A stretch of 64,000 nt of DNA, from positions 2,240,001-2,304,000 of the forward strand of contig OY969767.1 of assembly GCA_963702895.1 (NCBI GenBank). Direction: 5' to 3'. The stretch comes from an uncultured Elusimicrobia bacterium. Lineage in GTDB: Bacteria > Elusimicrobiota > Elusimicrobia > 2-01-FULL-59-12. Shown here one piece after another: positions 9,340-20,900 of this stretch. The translations under genes and the position numbers were made by a program. Position 1 is the stretch's first letter. Each line of letters begins with the position of its first letter. Below the pieces are notes generated by a model, which did not search any database, was not told where the DNA came from, and was given only the letters and a program-made list of their open reading frames with translations.

Positions 9340-10727
9340 GAGTTCTTGTCAAATGTACTGGAAATAGGGCAACGCCCCTTTCGTTGAATGTCTCTTAGGC
9401 CGCGACCTCCAGCTTCTCTCTTTCCACAAATAGTACTTCAACCAATTCCGGCTTTGCGATCGGCTTCCAGAACTGCGCTAAACGCTCAATGACCTTGTAG
9501 ACGAATGCCACGCCTGTTCGGGATTTCTGGAACCGGCGCACGACTCGCGTCCGCAACCGCACTCCCGCGAAGACCGACTCAATCGGATTGCTCGTCTTCA
9601 AATGGACCCAGTGCTCCTTCGGAAAGTCGAAGTACCTCAGCAACGTGTCATGATCCTTGCGCACACAAGCCGCAGCCTTCGGATAGCGAATTTCAAGATC
9701 CTCAGCCAACAAGGCCAACTGGTTCTCCGCGTCTTCGCGGCGCTCCGCCTGATAGGCCACCCGCAGGCGATTGAGGACTTCATCCTGCTTAGCCTTCGGC
9801 ACTTTATCCACGACGTTGCGCATCTTGTGCTTCCAACACCGTTGATCCTTCGCCGAGGGATACACCTCTGCCACCGCCTCCCAGAGCCCTCCGATCCCGT
9901 CGCCGATGACCAACAGCGGAGCAGGCATACCGCGCTCCGCGACCCCTCTCCAGATTTCCTTCCAGGAATCCCGGCTCTCCCGGTAGCCTTCCATCAGCGC
10001 GATCAGTTCCTTCTGGCCTTTCGCGTTGACGCCCACCAGAACCAGAAGCGCTGTGTTCTCTTTTTCCAGCCCCGCTTTTAAATACACGCCGTCTGCCCAG
10101 ACATAGGCGTAACGCGTCTCCGATAGGTCCCGGCGACTGAACGTAGCCAGGTCCGACTGAAACTTCGCCGATAGACGCAGGATCGTGCTGGCTGATAAGG
10201 TGGCTCCATCCCCGATCAGTGCTCGCAACGCCGGCTCAAAGTCCCGACTCGAGAGTCCCTCCAGGTACAGCCGCCGGAATAACTCCTCGACCCCTTCCGT
10301 CCGCCGCTGGTAGGGCCGCAAGATGCTCGACTCAAACTCGCCTCCGTCCACCTGGGGCACCGATAGCTTCAGCCCCGCCCCCAACACCGTCACCTTCCGC
10401 TCCCGCGTTCCGTTCCGATAGCCTTTCTCCAGATTCTTCGCCCGTTCATAGCGCCGACGCTCTAAATACATCGTCACTTCTTCTTCCAGGGCCTCCACCA
10501 GCATCTTGCGCGCTCCTTCACGGGCCAGATAATCCACCATGCTCTCGCCTTTGTGCTGAGTCCCTTTCTCGTTTACAATGGTTTCCATAACGGCGTCTCC
10601 TTTTCGTTTATTGTCCGCTCGAACGGACAGGTTTGTGTGTTTCAACGAAAGGGTACGCCGTTTCTATTTCCTAAGGCAAATCCTTCCTTGCCTTAAAACC
10701 TATTTCCAGCACTTTTGATGGTAACTC
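9340..10727 (-). mobile_element. IS256-family element, copy 2 (diverged relative of copy 1)
   Basis: IRs gagttcttgtcaaatgtactggaaat and atttccagcacttttgatggtaactc; 8-bp TSD GGAAAGAA at 9332-9339 and 10728-10735. Confidence 0.92.
9395..10645 (-). CDS. IS256-family transposase
   Basis: Protein nearly identical to 3220-4467, with many synonymous changes. Confidence 0.95.
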   Translation of the reverse strand: MKHTNLSVRADNKRKGDAVMETIVNEKGTQHKGESMVDYLAREGARKMLVEALEEEVTMYLERRRYERAKNLEKGYRNGTRERKVTVLGAGLKLSVPQVDGGEFESSILRPYQRRTEGVEELFRRLYLEGLSSRDFEPALRALIGDGATLSASTILRLSAKFQSDLATFSRRDLSETRYAYVWADGVYLKAGLEKENTALLVLVGVNAKGQKELIALMEGYRESRDSWKEIWRGVAERGMPAPLLVIGDGIGGLWEAVAEVYPSAKDQRCWKHKMRNVVDKVPKAKQDEVLNRLRVAYQAERREDAENQLALLAEDLEIRYPKAAACVRKDHDTLLRYFDFPKEHWVHLKTSNPIESVFAGVRLRTRVVRRFQKSRTGVAFVYKVIERLAQFWKPIAKPELVEVLFVEREKLEVAA

Positions 10728-10832
10728 GGAAAGAAGCTTTGCAAGACCCAGCTGGATCATGGGTCTTTTAGCGTAGTTTTTTAGACAAAAGTTCGATTCA
10801 CTTCATCCAGCTCATTGATATAGAGTTAAGCC

Positions 10833-11828
10833 ATGCTTACACTCAAACACCGCACGGTCTGGAGCATCACCTTGGTGCTCGGCCATGCGTTGATGACGGG
10901 CTGCAAAGAGGAGACATCGTCAACGACGCCTCCTCCTCCACCCTTTGTCGACTCCTCGTTCACCTATGTCGTTCCGGGCACCTCCCATCAGATCAATATC
11001 ATCGACGATGTGGCCAGCGCCACTCCCTCCAAAGAGGACATGACGCAGGCGCTTGATGTCATTCCGGCAGCTCACTTGACCAGCCTGACAACGCTGCATT
11101 TCAGCAGCTACGCCAACGACATTGCGACCAGCCTCTATGACAGGTTGACGCCGGCGCAGCGCGACGAGTGGGCGAGCTTTCAAGTGGCCTCCGATGCCAA
11201 GAAGGAGTTCTCCAACTACTATTACCGGTGGCTGAACACCAACGGCGGGGCGCTCATGAAGGAAGATGTATTAAGTGCGCTTCCGGCCAATAACCCCAAG
11301 TCGGCTTCCAAGTGGCTTTTCATGGCAGCCCTCTTTGCCGACCAGAGCAGCAGCCAGATCATTATCTTTACGGGCCTGACCGCATTGCCCTCGAAACGGG
11401 CCTATTTCCCCTATTCCATGTCAGGGAATACCCTTACGATTGTTGGCCACAAATTTCTGCTGGCCGTGGTCGACGGAAAATTGTCGGTCGTTGGACTCGA
11501 CGGTACGCCCGTGACGCCTGCGTCTGTTCCAAGCATCTTTGTGGAACGCGTGATCCTGAATCCCCGCCCGGCCATCCTATCCAACACGCTCAGCTCCCAG
11601 ACCTCCGAGAGGCCGCTTGACGCGGGGTTATCTTCACAAGGTGCAGGGGCTCTCAACTATATCAGCCCTCAGAGTCCCGATGTCTATCGACCAGTGACCG
11701 ACTCCGCCGCCCAGGACGAACTTGCAAAAGAAATCCAGCGGCTGCGGGCCGATCCCCGCTACATCCTCGATCACGCTCCCGGCACCATTCCCCACGGGTT
11801 CTCCATCGACTCCCGCCAAGCGAAATAG
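10833..11828 (+). CDS. Uncharacterised lipoprotein, paralog of 4563-5681
   Basis: Lipobox LMTGC, poly-Pro tether, shared motifs with the paralog. Confidence 0.8.
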   Translation: MLTLKHRTVWSITLVLGHALMTGCKEETSSTTPPPPPFVDSSFTYVVPGTSHQINIIDDVASATPSKEDMTQALDVIPAAHLTSLTTLHFSSYANDIATSLYDRLTPAQRDEWASFQVASDAKKEFSNYYYRWLNTNGGALMKEDVLSALPANNPKSASKWLFMAALFADQSSSQIIIFTGLTALPSKRAYFPYSMSGNTLTIVGHKFLLAVVDGKLSVVGLDGTPVTPASVPSIFVERVILNPRPAILSNTLSSQTSERPLDAGLSSQGAGALNYISPQSPDVYRPVTDSAAQDELAKEIQRLRADPRYILDHAPGTIPHGFSIDSRQAK

Positions 11829-11855
11829 CGCCAAAGAACGATACAGCAACGACGA

Positions 11856-11949
11856 GGGGACGTTCCATCACAAACGTCACAAACTCTAAAGCGCAGGTGC
11901 CAGCACCGGGAGCCTAGGGAGTTTGTGACGTTTGTGATGGAACGTCCCC
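11856..11949. repeat. Palindromic REP-like element, identical to 5709-5802; likely bidirectional terminator
   Basis: Lies between convergent genes and abuts the stop codon of the giant gene. Confidence 0.9.
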
Positions 11950-14900
11950 TAGTAGTTGAGGGTGTAGGCGAGATTGTCGTAGGTCGAATCGACGTCGTTG
12001 AAGATGAAAGCCATGTAATCCGTCTTGTTGCCCGCGCTGGAGAGGACAGGATAGGCCCCACCCGGGAAGCGGATGGTCCCCGGCCAATTGATGTTGCGGC
12101 CGCCCGTCGCGTCTTGCTTCACCATGAGCACATACTTGCGGCCCGAAATTCCATTGGCGAAGGTGAGCGTGGGGTTGCCGGTGAGCACCACATGCTGCGT
12201 GTTGCCGTTGGACCAGTCGATTTCAACAGAACCCGAGCCGGTCGAACCCTTCTGATTAATGGTCGAGCCAAATTGGCCGTTCGTGATGGCAAGCGACGCG
12301 TTGTTCACCACCACCATCGAGCTAAACGTGACGCTCGACACATAGGTTTGCCCCGCCGTCCAGGTATTCGTGGAACTGAGGAGGCCCGTGGCGCCTGCCC
12401 CCCACGTCGGCGCCGCACCGGGGCCGTTCGATTGAAGCACCTGGCTGGCCGTCCCTGCGCTGCCGCTCAAAACGAGTGCGCCGTTTAAGGCCAGCTGCGT
12501 CTGGACCGTGCCGCTGGACACATAGAACGTCGATCCCGTCTGGAGACTCTGCGTGAGCTGGATGTAGCTCGTCGCGCCGCCCGGTAGGTCCCCCGCCACA
12601 AGCCCGGCACTCACGAGCTTTTTGCTGCCGTCAGTCTTGACGAATTGGCTGGCCGAAAGGTCATTGGCGGTCACACTGCCCGCCACCACGCCGTAGGTGA
12701 CGCCCACGCCGCCCGCACTGGTCACGGTGAGACTGGAGGTCAGGGTCTTGACGCCTGAAATCGTTTGGTTGGTGTCGGTGTAGACGACGTTCGCCGGCAG
12801 GTCGCCCGAGGCGATGGTGGCGCTCACGAGCTTCTTGTTCCCATCGGTCTTGACGAACTGGCTGGCGCTCAAGTCGTTGGCCGTGACGCTGCCGGCCACC
12901 ACGCCGTAGGTCACGCTCACGCCGCTTGGCGAAGCGATGGTCTGGCCGCCGGTCCAGGTGTTGGTGGAGCTCAAGTACGCCACGGTCGACGGCAGCACCG
13001 TGCTGGCAATGCCCGTCACAATGTTGGCGCCGGTGAGATTCGTCAGTCCCGTTCCAAGGCCCGTAAAGCTGCCCGCTGCCACACCGTAGGTGACGCCCAC
13101 GCCGCCCGCACTGGTCACGGTGAGACTGGAGGTCAGGGTCTTGACGCCTGAAATCGTTTGGTTGGTGTCGGTGTAGACGACGTTCGCCGGCAGGTCGCCT
13201 GAAGCGATGGTGGCGCTCACGAGTTTTTTGCTGCTGTCGGTTTTCACAAACTGGCTGGCCGTTAGGGGGTTGAGTTGCAGGCTGCCGGCGTTGACGATGA
13301 GGTTGGTGCTCACCGTCACATCGTTCTGGAACGTCTGCCAGGCCGTCCAGGTATTGGTGGAATTGAGCAAGGCGCTTGCGCTGGCCGGGCTCACCCACGT
13401 GGGCGCGGCACCAGGACCCTGGCTCTGCAGCACCTGCCCGCTCGTCCCCGAATTGTTGCTCGCAAGCACGGCTCCGGAGACGACCAAGTTGGACGAGATC
13501 GTGACCGCCTGCCCGGAGGCTCCGAAGAGCGCGGCGTTCGCTACGGTGATGCTGGAGCCATAGGTCTGCGGCGCGCTCCAAAGCTGGTTTTTGTCCACAT
13601 AGGCCACGGTCGACGGCAGCACCGTGCTGGCAATGCCCGTCACAATGTTGGCGCCGGTGAGATTCGTCAGTCCCGTTCCAAGACCCGTAAAGCTTCCCGC
13701 TGCCACACCGTAGGTGACGCCCACGCCGCCCGCACTGGTCACGGTGAGACTGGAGGTCAGGGTCTTGACGCCTGAAATCGTTTGGTTGGTGTCGGTGTAG
13801 ACGACGTTCGCCGGCAGGTCGCCTGAAGCGATGGTGGCGCTCACGAGTTTTTTGCTGCTGTCGGTTTTCACAAACTGGCTGGCCGTTAGGGGGTTGAGTT
13901 GCAGGCTGCCGGCGTTCACGATCAAGTTCGTGCTCACCGTCACATCGTTCTGGAACGTCTGCCAGGCCGTCCAGGTGTTGGTGGAGTTGAGCAAGGCGCT
14001 TGCGCTGGCCGGGCTCACCCACGTGGGCGCGGCACCAGGACCCTGGCTCTGCAGCACCTGCCCGCTCGTCCCCGAATTGTTGCTCGCAAGCACGGCTCCG
14101 GAGACGACCAAGTTGGACGAGATCGTGACCGCCTGCCCAGAAGCACCGAGTAATGCGGCATTGGTCACCGTGACGCTCGACCCATACGTCTGCGGCGCGC
14201 TCCAAAGCTGGTTTTTGTCCACATAGGCCACAGTCGACGGCAGCACCGTGCTGGCAATGCCCGTCACAATGTTGGCGCCGGTGAGATTCGTCAGTCCCGT
14301 TCCAAGACCCGTAAAGCTTCCCGCTGCCACGCCGTAGGTGACGCCCACGCCGCCCGCACTGGTCACGGTGAGACTGGAGGTCAGGGTCTTGACGCCTGAA
14401 ATCGTTTGGTTGGTGTCGGTGTAGACGACGTTCGCCGGCAGGTCGCCTGAAGCGATGGTGGCGCTCACGAGTTTTTTGCTGCTGTCGGTTTTCACAAACT
14501 GGCTGGCCGTTAGGGGGTTGAGTTGCAGGCTGCCGGCGTTGACGATGAGGTTGGTGCTCACCGTCACATCGTTCTGGAACGTCTGCCAGGCCGTCCAGGT
14601 ATTGGTGGAATTGAGCAAGGCGCTTGCGCTGGCCGGGCTCACCCACGTGGGCGCGGCACCAGGACCCTGGCTCTGCAGCACCTGCCCGCTCGTCCCCGAA
14701 TTGTTGCTCGCAAGCACGGCTCCGGAGACGACCAAGTTGGACGAGATCGTGACCGCCTGCCCGGAGGCTCCGAAGAGCGCGGCGTTCGCTACGGTGATGC
14801 TGGAGCCATAGGTCTGCGGCGCGCTCCAAAGCTGGTTTTTGTCCACATAGGCCACGGTCGACGGCAGCACCGTGCTGGCAATGCCCGTCACAATGTTGGC

Positions 14901-17900
14901 GCCGGTGAGATTCGTCAGTCCCGTTCCAAGACCCGTAAAGCTTCCCGCTGCCACACCGTAGGTGACGCCCACGCCGCCCGCACTGGTCACGGTGAGACTG
15001 GAGGTCAGGGTCTTGACGCCTGAAATCGTTTGGTTGGTGTCCGTGTAGACGACGTTCGCCGGCAGGTCGCCTGAAGCGATGGTGGCGCTCACGAGTTTTT
15101 TGCTGCTGTCGGTTTTCACAAACTGGCTGGCCGTTAGGGGGTTGAGTTGCAGGCTGCCGGCGTTCACGATCAAGTTCGTGCTCACCGTCACATCGTTCTG
15201 GAACGTCTGCCAGGCCGTCCAGGTGTTGGTGGAGTTGAGCAAGGCGCTCGCGCTCGCCGGGTCCACCCACGTCGGAACGCTTCCTGCTCCGTTGGACTGC
15301 AGGACTTGACCGGAGCTGCCGCTTGCACCCGCAAGCTTCAGCGTGTTCTGGATATTGAGATCAAGAACCGTGCCGCTTGACACATAGAAGGTTGCCCCGG
15401 CTTGGAGGGTCTCCCGGATCAAAATGACGTCCGTGGCGGCATTGGTGATGAGATCACTCCATGCGCCGTTTTGGTAGCCGCGGAATTTAGCGCCGCTGGC
15501 GTTATAGTAGATCATGCCGTTGACCCCGACCGCCGGGTCCCCGGCGTCAGACTTGCGCGGCACAAGGATACTTCCCCCATCCCCTGTGATGTCCAAAAGC
15601 GCCTGGGGATTCGCTGTGCCGATGCCCACCAGGCCCCCCAACATCGCCAGATAAGCGTTCGAGGAGATGCTCACCGCCTGCCCGGAGGCTCCGAAGAGCG
15701 CGGCGTTCGCTACGGTGATGCTGGAGCCATAGGTCTGCGGCGCGCTCCAGAGCTGGTTTTTGTCCACATAGGCCACGGTTGACGGCAGCACCGTGCTGGC
15801 AATGCCCGTCACAATGTTGGCGCCGGTGAGATTCGTCAGTCCCGTTCCAAGGCCCGTAAAGCTTCCCGCTGCCACGCCGTAGGTGACGCCCACGCCGCCC
15901 GCACTGGTCACGGTGAGACTGGAGGTCAGGGTCTTGACGCCTGAAATCGTTTGGTTGGTGTCGGTGTAGACGACGTTCGCCGGCAGGTCGCCTGAAGCGA
16001 TGGTGGCGCTCACGAGTTTTTTGCTGCTGTCGGTTTTCACAAACTGGCTGGCCGTTAGAGGGTTGAGTTGCAGGCTGCCGGCGTTGACGATGAGGTTGGT
16101 GCTCACCGTCACATCGTTCTGGAACGTCTGCCAGGCCGTCCAGGTGTTGGTGGAATTGAGCAAGGCGCTTGCGCTGGCCGGGCTCACCCACGTGGGCGCG
16201 GCACCAGGACCCTGGCTCTGCAGCACCTGCCCGCTCGTCCCCGAATTGTTGCTCGCAAGCACGGCTCCGGAGACGACCAAGTTGGACGAGATCGTGACCG
16301 CCTGCCCAGAAGCACCGAGTAATGCGGCATTGGTCACCGTGACGCTCGACCCATACGTCTGCGGCGCGCTCCAAAGCTGGTTTTTGTCCACATAGGCCAC
16401 AGTCGACGGCAGCACCGTGCTGGCAATGCCCGTCACAATGTTGGCGCCGGTGAGATTCGTCAGTCCCGTTCCAAGGCCCGTAAAGCTGCCCGCTGCCACA
16501 CCGTAGGTGACGCCCACGCCGCCCGCACTGGTCACGGTGAGACTGGAGGTCAGGGTCTTGACGCCTGAAATCGTTTGGTTGGTGTCGGTGTAGACGACGT
16601 TCGCCGGCAGGTCGCCTGAAGCGATGGTGGCGCTCACGAGTTTTTTGCTGCTGTCGGTTTTCACAAACTGGCTGGCCGTTAGGGGGTTGAGTTGCAGGCT
16701 GCCGGCGTTCACGATCAAGTTCGTGCTCACCGTCACATCGTTCTGGAACGTCTGCCAGGCCGTCCAGGTGTTGGTGGAGTTGAGCAAGGCGCTCGCGCTC
16801 GCCGGGTCCACCCACGTCGGCGCGGCGCTCGCGCCACCCGACTGCAGAATCTGACCGCTTGATCCCACGCTGCCGTTGATCGAAAGCGGGGCGTTGGCGG
16901 TTAAGGTCAGGGTCCCGGCTGTCACACCGTAGCTCACCGCCGCGCCGCCGATGCTCGTCACCGTGACGCTTGAGCCATAGGTCTGCGGCGCGCTCCAAAG
17001 CTGGTTTTTGTCCACATAGGCCACGGTCGACGGCAGCACCGTGCTGGCAATGCCCGTCACAATGTTGGCGCCGGTGAGATTCGTCAGTCCCGTTCCAAGG
17101 CCCGTAAAGCTGCCCGCTGCCACACCGTAGGTGACGCCCACGCCGCCCGCACTGGTCACGGTGAGACTGGAGGTCAGGGTCTTGACGCCTGAAATCGTTT
17201 GGTTGGTGTCGGTGTAGACGACGTTCGCCGGCAGGTCGCCTGAGGCGATGGTGGCGCTCACGAGCTTCTTGTTCCCATCGGTCTTGACGAACTGGCTGGC
17301 GCTCAAGTCGTTGGCCGTGACGCTGCCGGCCACCACGCCGTAGGTCACGCTCACGCCGCTTGGCGAAGCGATGGTCTGGCCGCCGGTCCAGGTGTTGGTG
17401 GAGCTCAAGTACGCCACGGTCGACGGCAGCACCGTGCTGGCAATGCCCGTCACAATGTTGGCGCCGGTGAGATTCGTCAGTCCCGTTCCAAGACCCGTAA
17501 AGCTTCCCGCTGCCACGCCGTAGGTGACGCCCACGCCGCCCGCACTGGTCACGGTGAGACTGGAGGTCAGGGTCTTGACGCCTGAAATCGTTTGGTTGGT
17601 GTCCGTGTAGACGACGTTCGCCGGCAGGTCGCCTGAAGCGATGGTGGCGCTCACCAGCTTCTTGTCGGCATCGGTCTTCACAAATTGGCTGGCGGTGAGG
17701 GGGTTGAGTCGGACGCTGCCGGCGTTCACGATCAAGTTCGTGCTCACCGTCACATCGTTCTGGAACGTCTGCCAGGCCGTCCAGGTGTTGGTGGAGTTGA
17801 GCAAGGCGCTCGCGCTCGCCGGGTCCACCCACGTCGGCGCGGCGCTCGCGCCACCCGACTGCAGAATCTGACCGCTTGATCCCACGCTGCCGTTGATCGA

Positions 17901-20900
17901 AAGCGGGGCGTTGGCCGTCAAGGTCAAAGTCCCGGCTGTCACACCGTAGCTCACCGCCGCGCCGCCGATGCTCGTCACCGTGACGCTTGAGCCATAGGTC
18001 TGCGGCGCGCTCCAAAGCTGGTTTTTGTCCACATAGGCCACGGTCGACGGCAGCACCGTGCTGGCAATGCCCGTCACAATGTTGGCGCCGGTGAGATTCG
18101 TCAGTCCCGTTCCAAGGCCCGTAAAGCTGCCCGCTGCCACACCGTAGGTGACGCCCACGCCGCCCGCACTGGTCACGGTGAGACTGGAGGTCAGGGTCTT
18201 GACGCCTGAAATCGTTTGGTTGGTGTCGGTGTAGACGACGTTCGCCGGCAGGTCGCCTGAGGCGATGGTGGCGCTCACGAGCTTCTTGTTCCCATCGGTC
18301 TTGACGAACTGGCTGGCGCTCAAGTCGTTGGCCGTGACGCTGCCGGCCACCACGCCGTAGGTCACATTCAATCCACCGGAAGAGGTCATGATCTGGTTGG
18401 CCGTCCAGGTGTTGGTCGAGGCGAGTAGGGCGCTGGCCTGTGCCGGGTCCACCCACGTCGGAACGCTTCCTGCTCCGTTGGACTGCAGGACTTGACCGGA
18501 GCTGCCGCTTGCACCCGCAAGCTTCAGCGTGTTCTGGATATTGAGATCAAGAACCGTGCCGCTTGACACATAGAAGGTTGCCCCGGCTTGGAGGGTCTCC
18601 CGGATCAAAATGACGTCCGTGGCGGCATTGGTGATGAGATCACTCCATGCGCCGTTTTGGTAGCCGCGGAATTTCGCGCCGCTGGCGTTATAGTAGATCA
18701 TGCCGTTGACCCCGACCGCCGGGTCCCCGGCGTCAGACTTGCGCGGCACAAGGATACTTCCCCCATCCCCTGTGATGTCCAAAAGCGCCTGGGGATTCGC
18801 CGTGCCGATGCCCACCAGGCCCCCCAACATCGCCAGATAAGCGTTCGAGGAGATGCTCACCGCCTGCCCGGAGGCTCCGAAGAGCGCGGCGTTCGCTACG
18901 GTGACGCTTGAGCCATAGGTCTGCGGCGCGCTCCAAAGCTGGTTTTTGTCCACATAGGCCACAGTCGACGGCAGCACCGTGCTGGCAATGCCCGTCACAA
19001 TGTTGGCGCCGGTGAGATTCGTCAGTCCCGTTCCAAGGCCCGTAAAGCTGCCCGCTGCCACACCGTAGGTGACGCCCACGCCGCCCGCACTGGTCACGGT
19101 GAGACTGGAGGTCAGGGTCTTGACGCCTGAAATCGTTTGGTTGGTGTCGGTGTAGACGACGTTCGCCGGCAGGTCGCCTGAAGCGATGGTGGCGCTCACG
19201 AGTTTTTTGCTGCTGTCGGTTTTCACAAACTGGCTGGCCGTTAGAGGGTTGAGTTGCAGGCTGCCGGCGTTGACGATGAGGTTGGTGCTCACCGTCACAT
19301 CGTTCTGGAACGTCTGCCAGGCCGTCCAGGTGTTGGTCGAGGCCAGCAAGACGTCCGCTGAGCCAGGATTGACCCACGTCGGAACGGCGCCCGGGCCATT
19401 GGATTGCAGCACCTGCCCGGAGGAGCCGACGCCATTACCCGCCACCACCATGCTCGAGAACGTCACGCTCGACACGAAGGTCTGGCCCGCTGTCCAGGTG
19501 TTGGTAGATGAAAGGAGGCTGCTCGCGCCAGGGACAGCCACCCAGGTAGGAGCGGCCCCGGGCCCGTTACTTTGAAGGGTGTAACCACTGGAGCCCGCGC
19601 TTCCACCGGCGACGAGTTCCCCATTTAAGGTCAGGCTCCCCGCGACGACGCCATAAATGGCCCGAAGACCGCCAGGTCCCAAGACCGTGGCGCTCGACCC
19701 TACATAAAGGAAGTCCGGATAAGCGGTCGAACCTGCCTGCAAGGTATTGGTGTTCAAAATGTATTCGCCGGCACCGGCTGGTGCCCACGTGAGTCCGCCC
19801 GCGCCGTTATTGCTCAGAACACCGACGGTGTGGGCCGCTGGCCAGTTGTAGCTCAGCCCTTTGACGTTCACATCGCCTGTGGTGGTGACGCTGCCCGCCA
19901 CCAAACCGTAAGTCAGACCGATGCCGCCGGGCGCGCTCACGGCGATCGAAGAGACGTACATCTGCGTCGCCGTCCAGGTGTTGGTGGAATTGAGCAAGGC
20001 GCTCGCGCTCGCCGGGTCCACCCACGTCGGAACGCTTCCTGCTCCGTTGGACTGCAGGACTTGACCGGAGCTGCCGCTTGCACCCGCAAGCTTCAGCGTG
20101 TTCTGGATATTGAGATCAAGAACCGTGCCGCTTGACACATAGAAGGTTGCCCCGGCTTGGAGGGTCTCCCGGATCAAAATGACGTCCGTGGCGGCATTGG
20201 TGATGAGATCACTCCATGCGCCGTTTTGGTAGCCGCGGAATTTAGCGCCGCTGGCGTTATAGTAGATCATGCCGTTGACCCCGACCGCCGGGTCCCCGGC
20301 GTCAGACTTGCGCGGCACAAGGATACTTCCCCCATCCCCTGTGATGTCCAAAAGCGCCTGGGGATTCGCTGTGCCGATGCCCACCAGGCCCCCCAACATC
20401 GCCAGATAAGCGTTCGAGGAGATGCTCACCGCCTGCCCGGAGGCTCCGAAGAGCGCGGCGTTCGCTACGGTGATGCTGGAGCCATAGGTCTGCGGCGCGC
20501 TCCAAAGCTGGTTTTTGTCCACATAGGCCACGGTTGACGGCAGCACCGTGCTGGCAATGCCCGTCACAATGTTGGCGCCGGTGAGATTCGTCAGTCCCGT
20601 TCCAAGGCCCGTAAAGCTTCCCGCTGCCACGCCGTAGGTGACGCCCACGCCGCCCGCACTGGTCACGGTGAGACTGGAGGTCAGGGTCTTGACGCCTGAA
20701 ATCGTTTGGTTGGTGTCGGTGTAGACGACGTTCGCCGGCAGGTCGCCTGAGGCGATGGTGGCGCTCACGAGCTTCTTGTCGGCATCGGTCTTGACGAACT
20801 GGCTGGCGCTCAAGTCGTTGGCCGTGACGCTGCCGGCCACCACGCCGTAGGTCACATTCAATCCACCGGAAGAGGTCATGATCTGGTTGGCCGTCCAGGT

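Noticed and set aside
5612..11960. Possible diversity-generating retroelement TR/VR pair
   Set aside because: Only one mismatch, no adenine-specific variation and no reverse transcriptase in the window.
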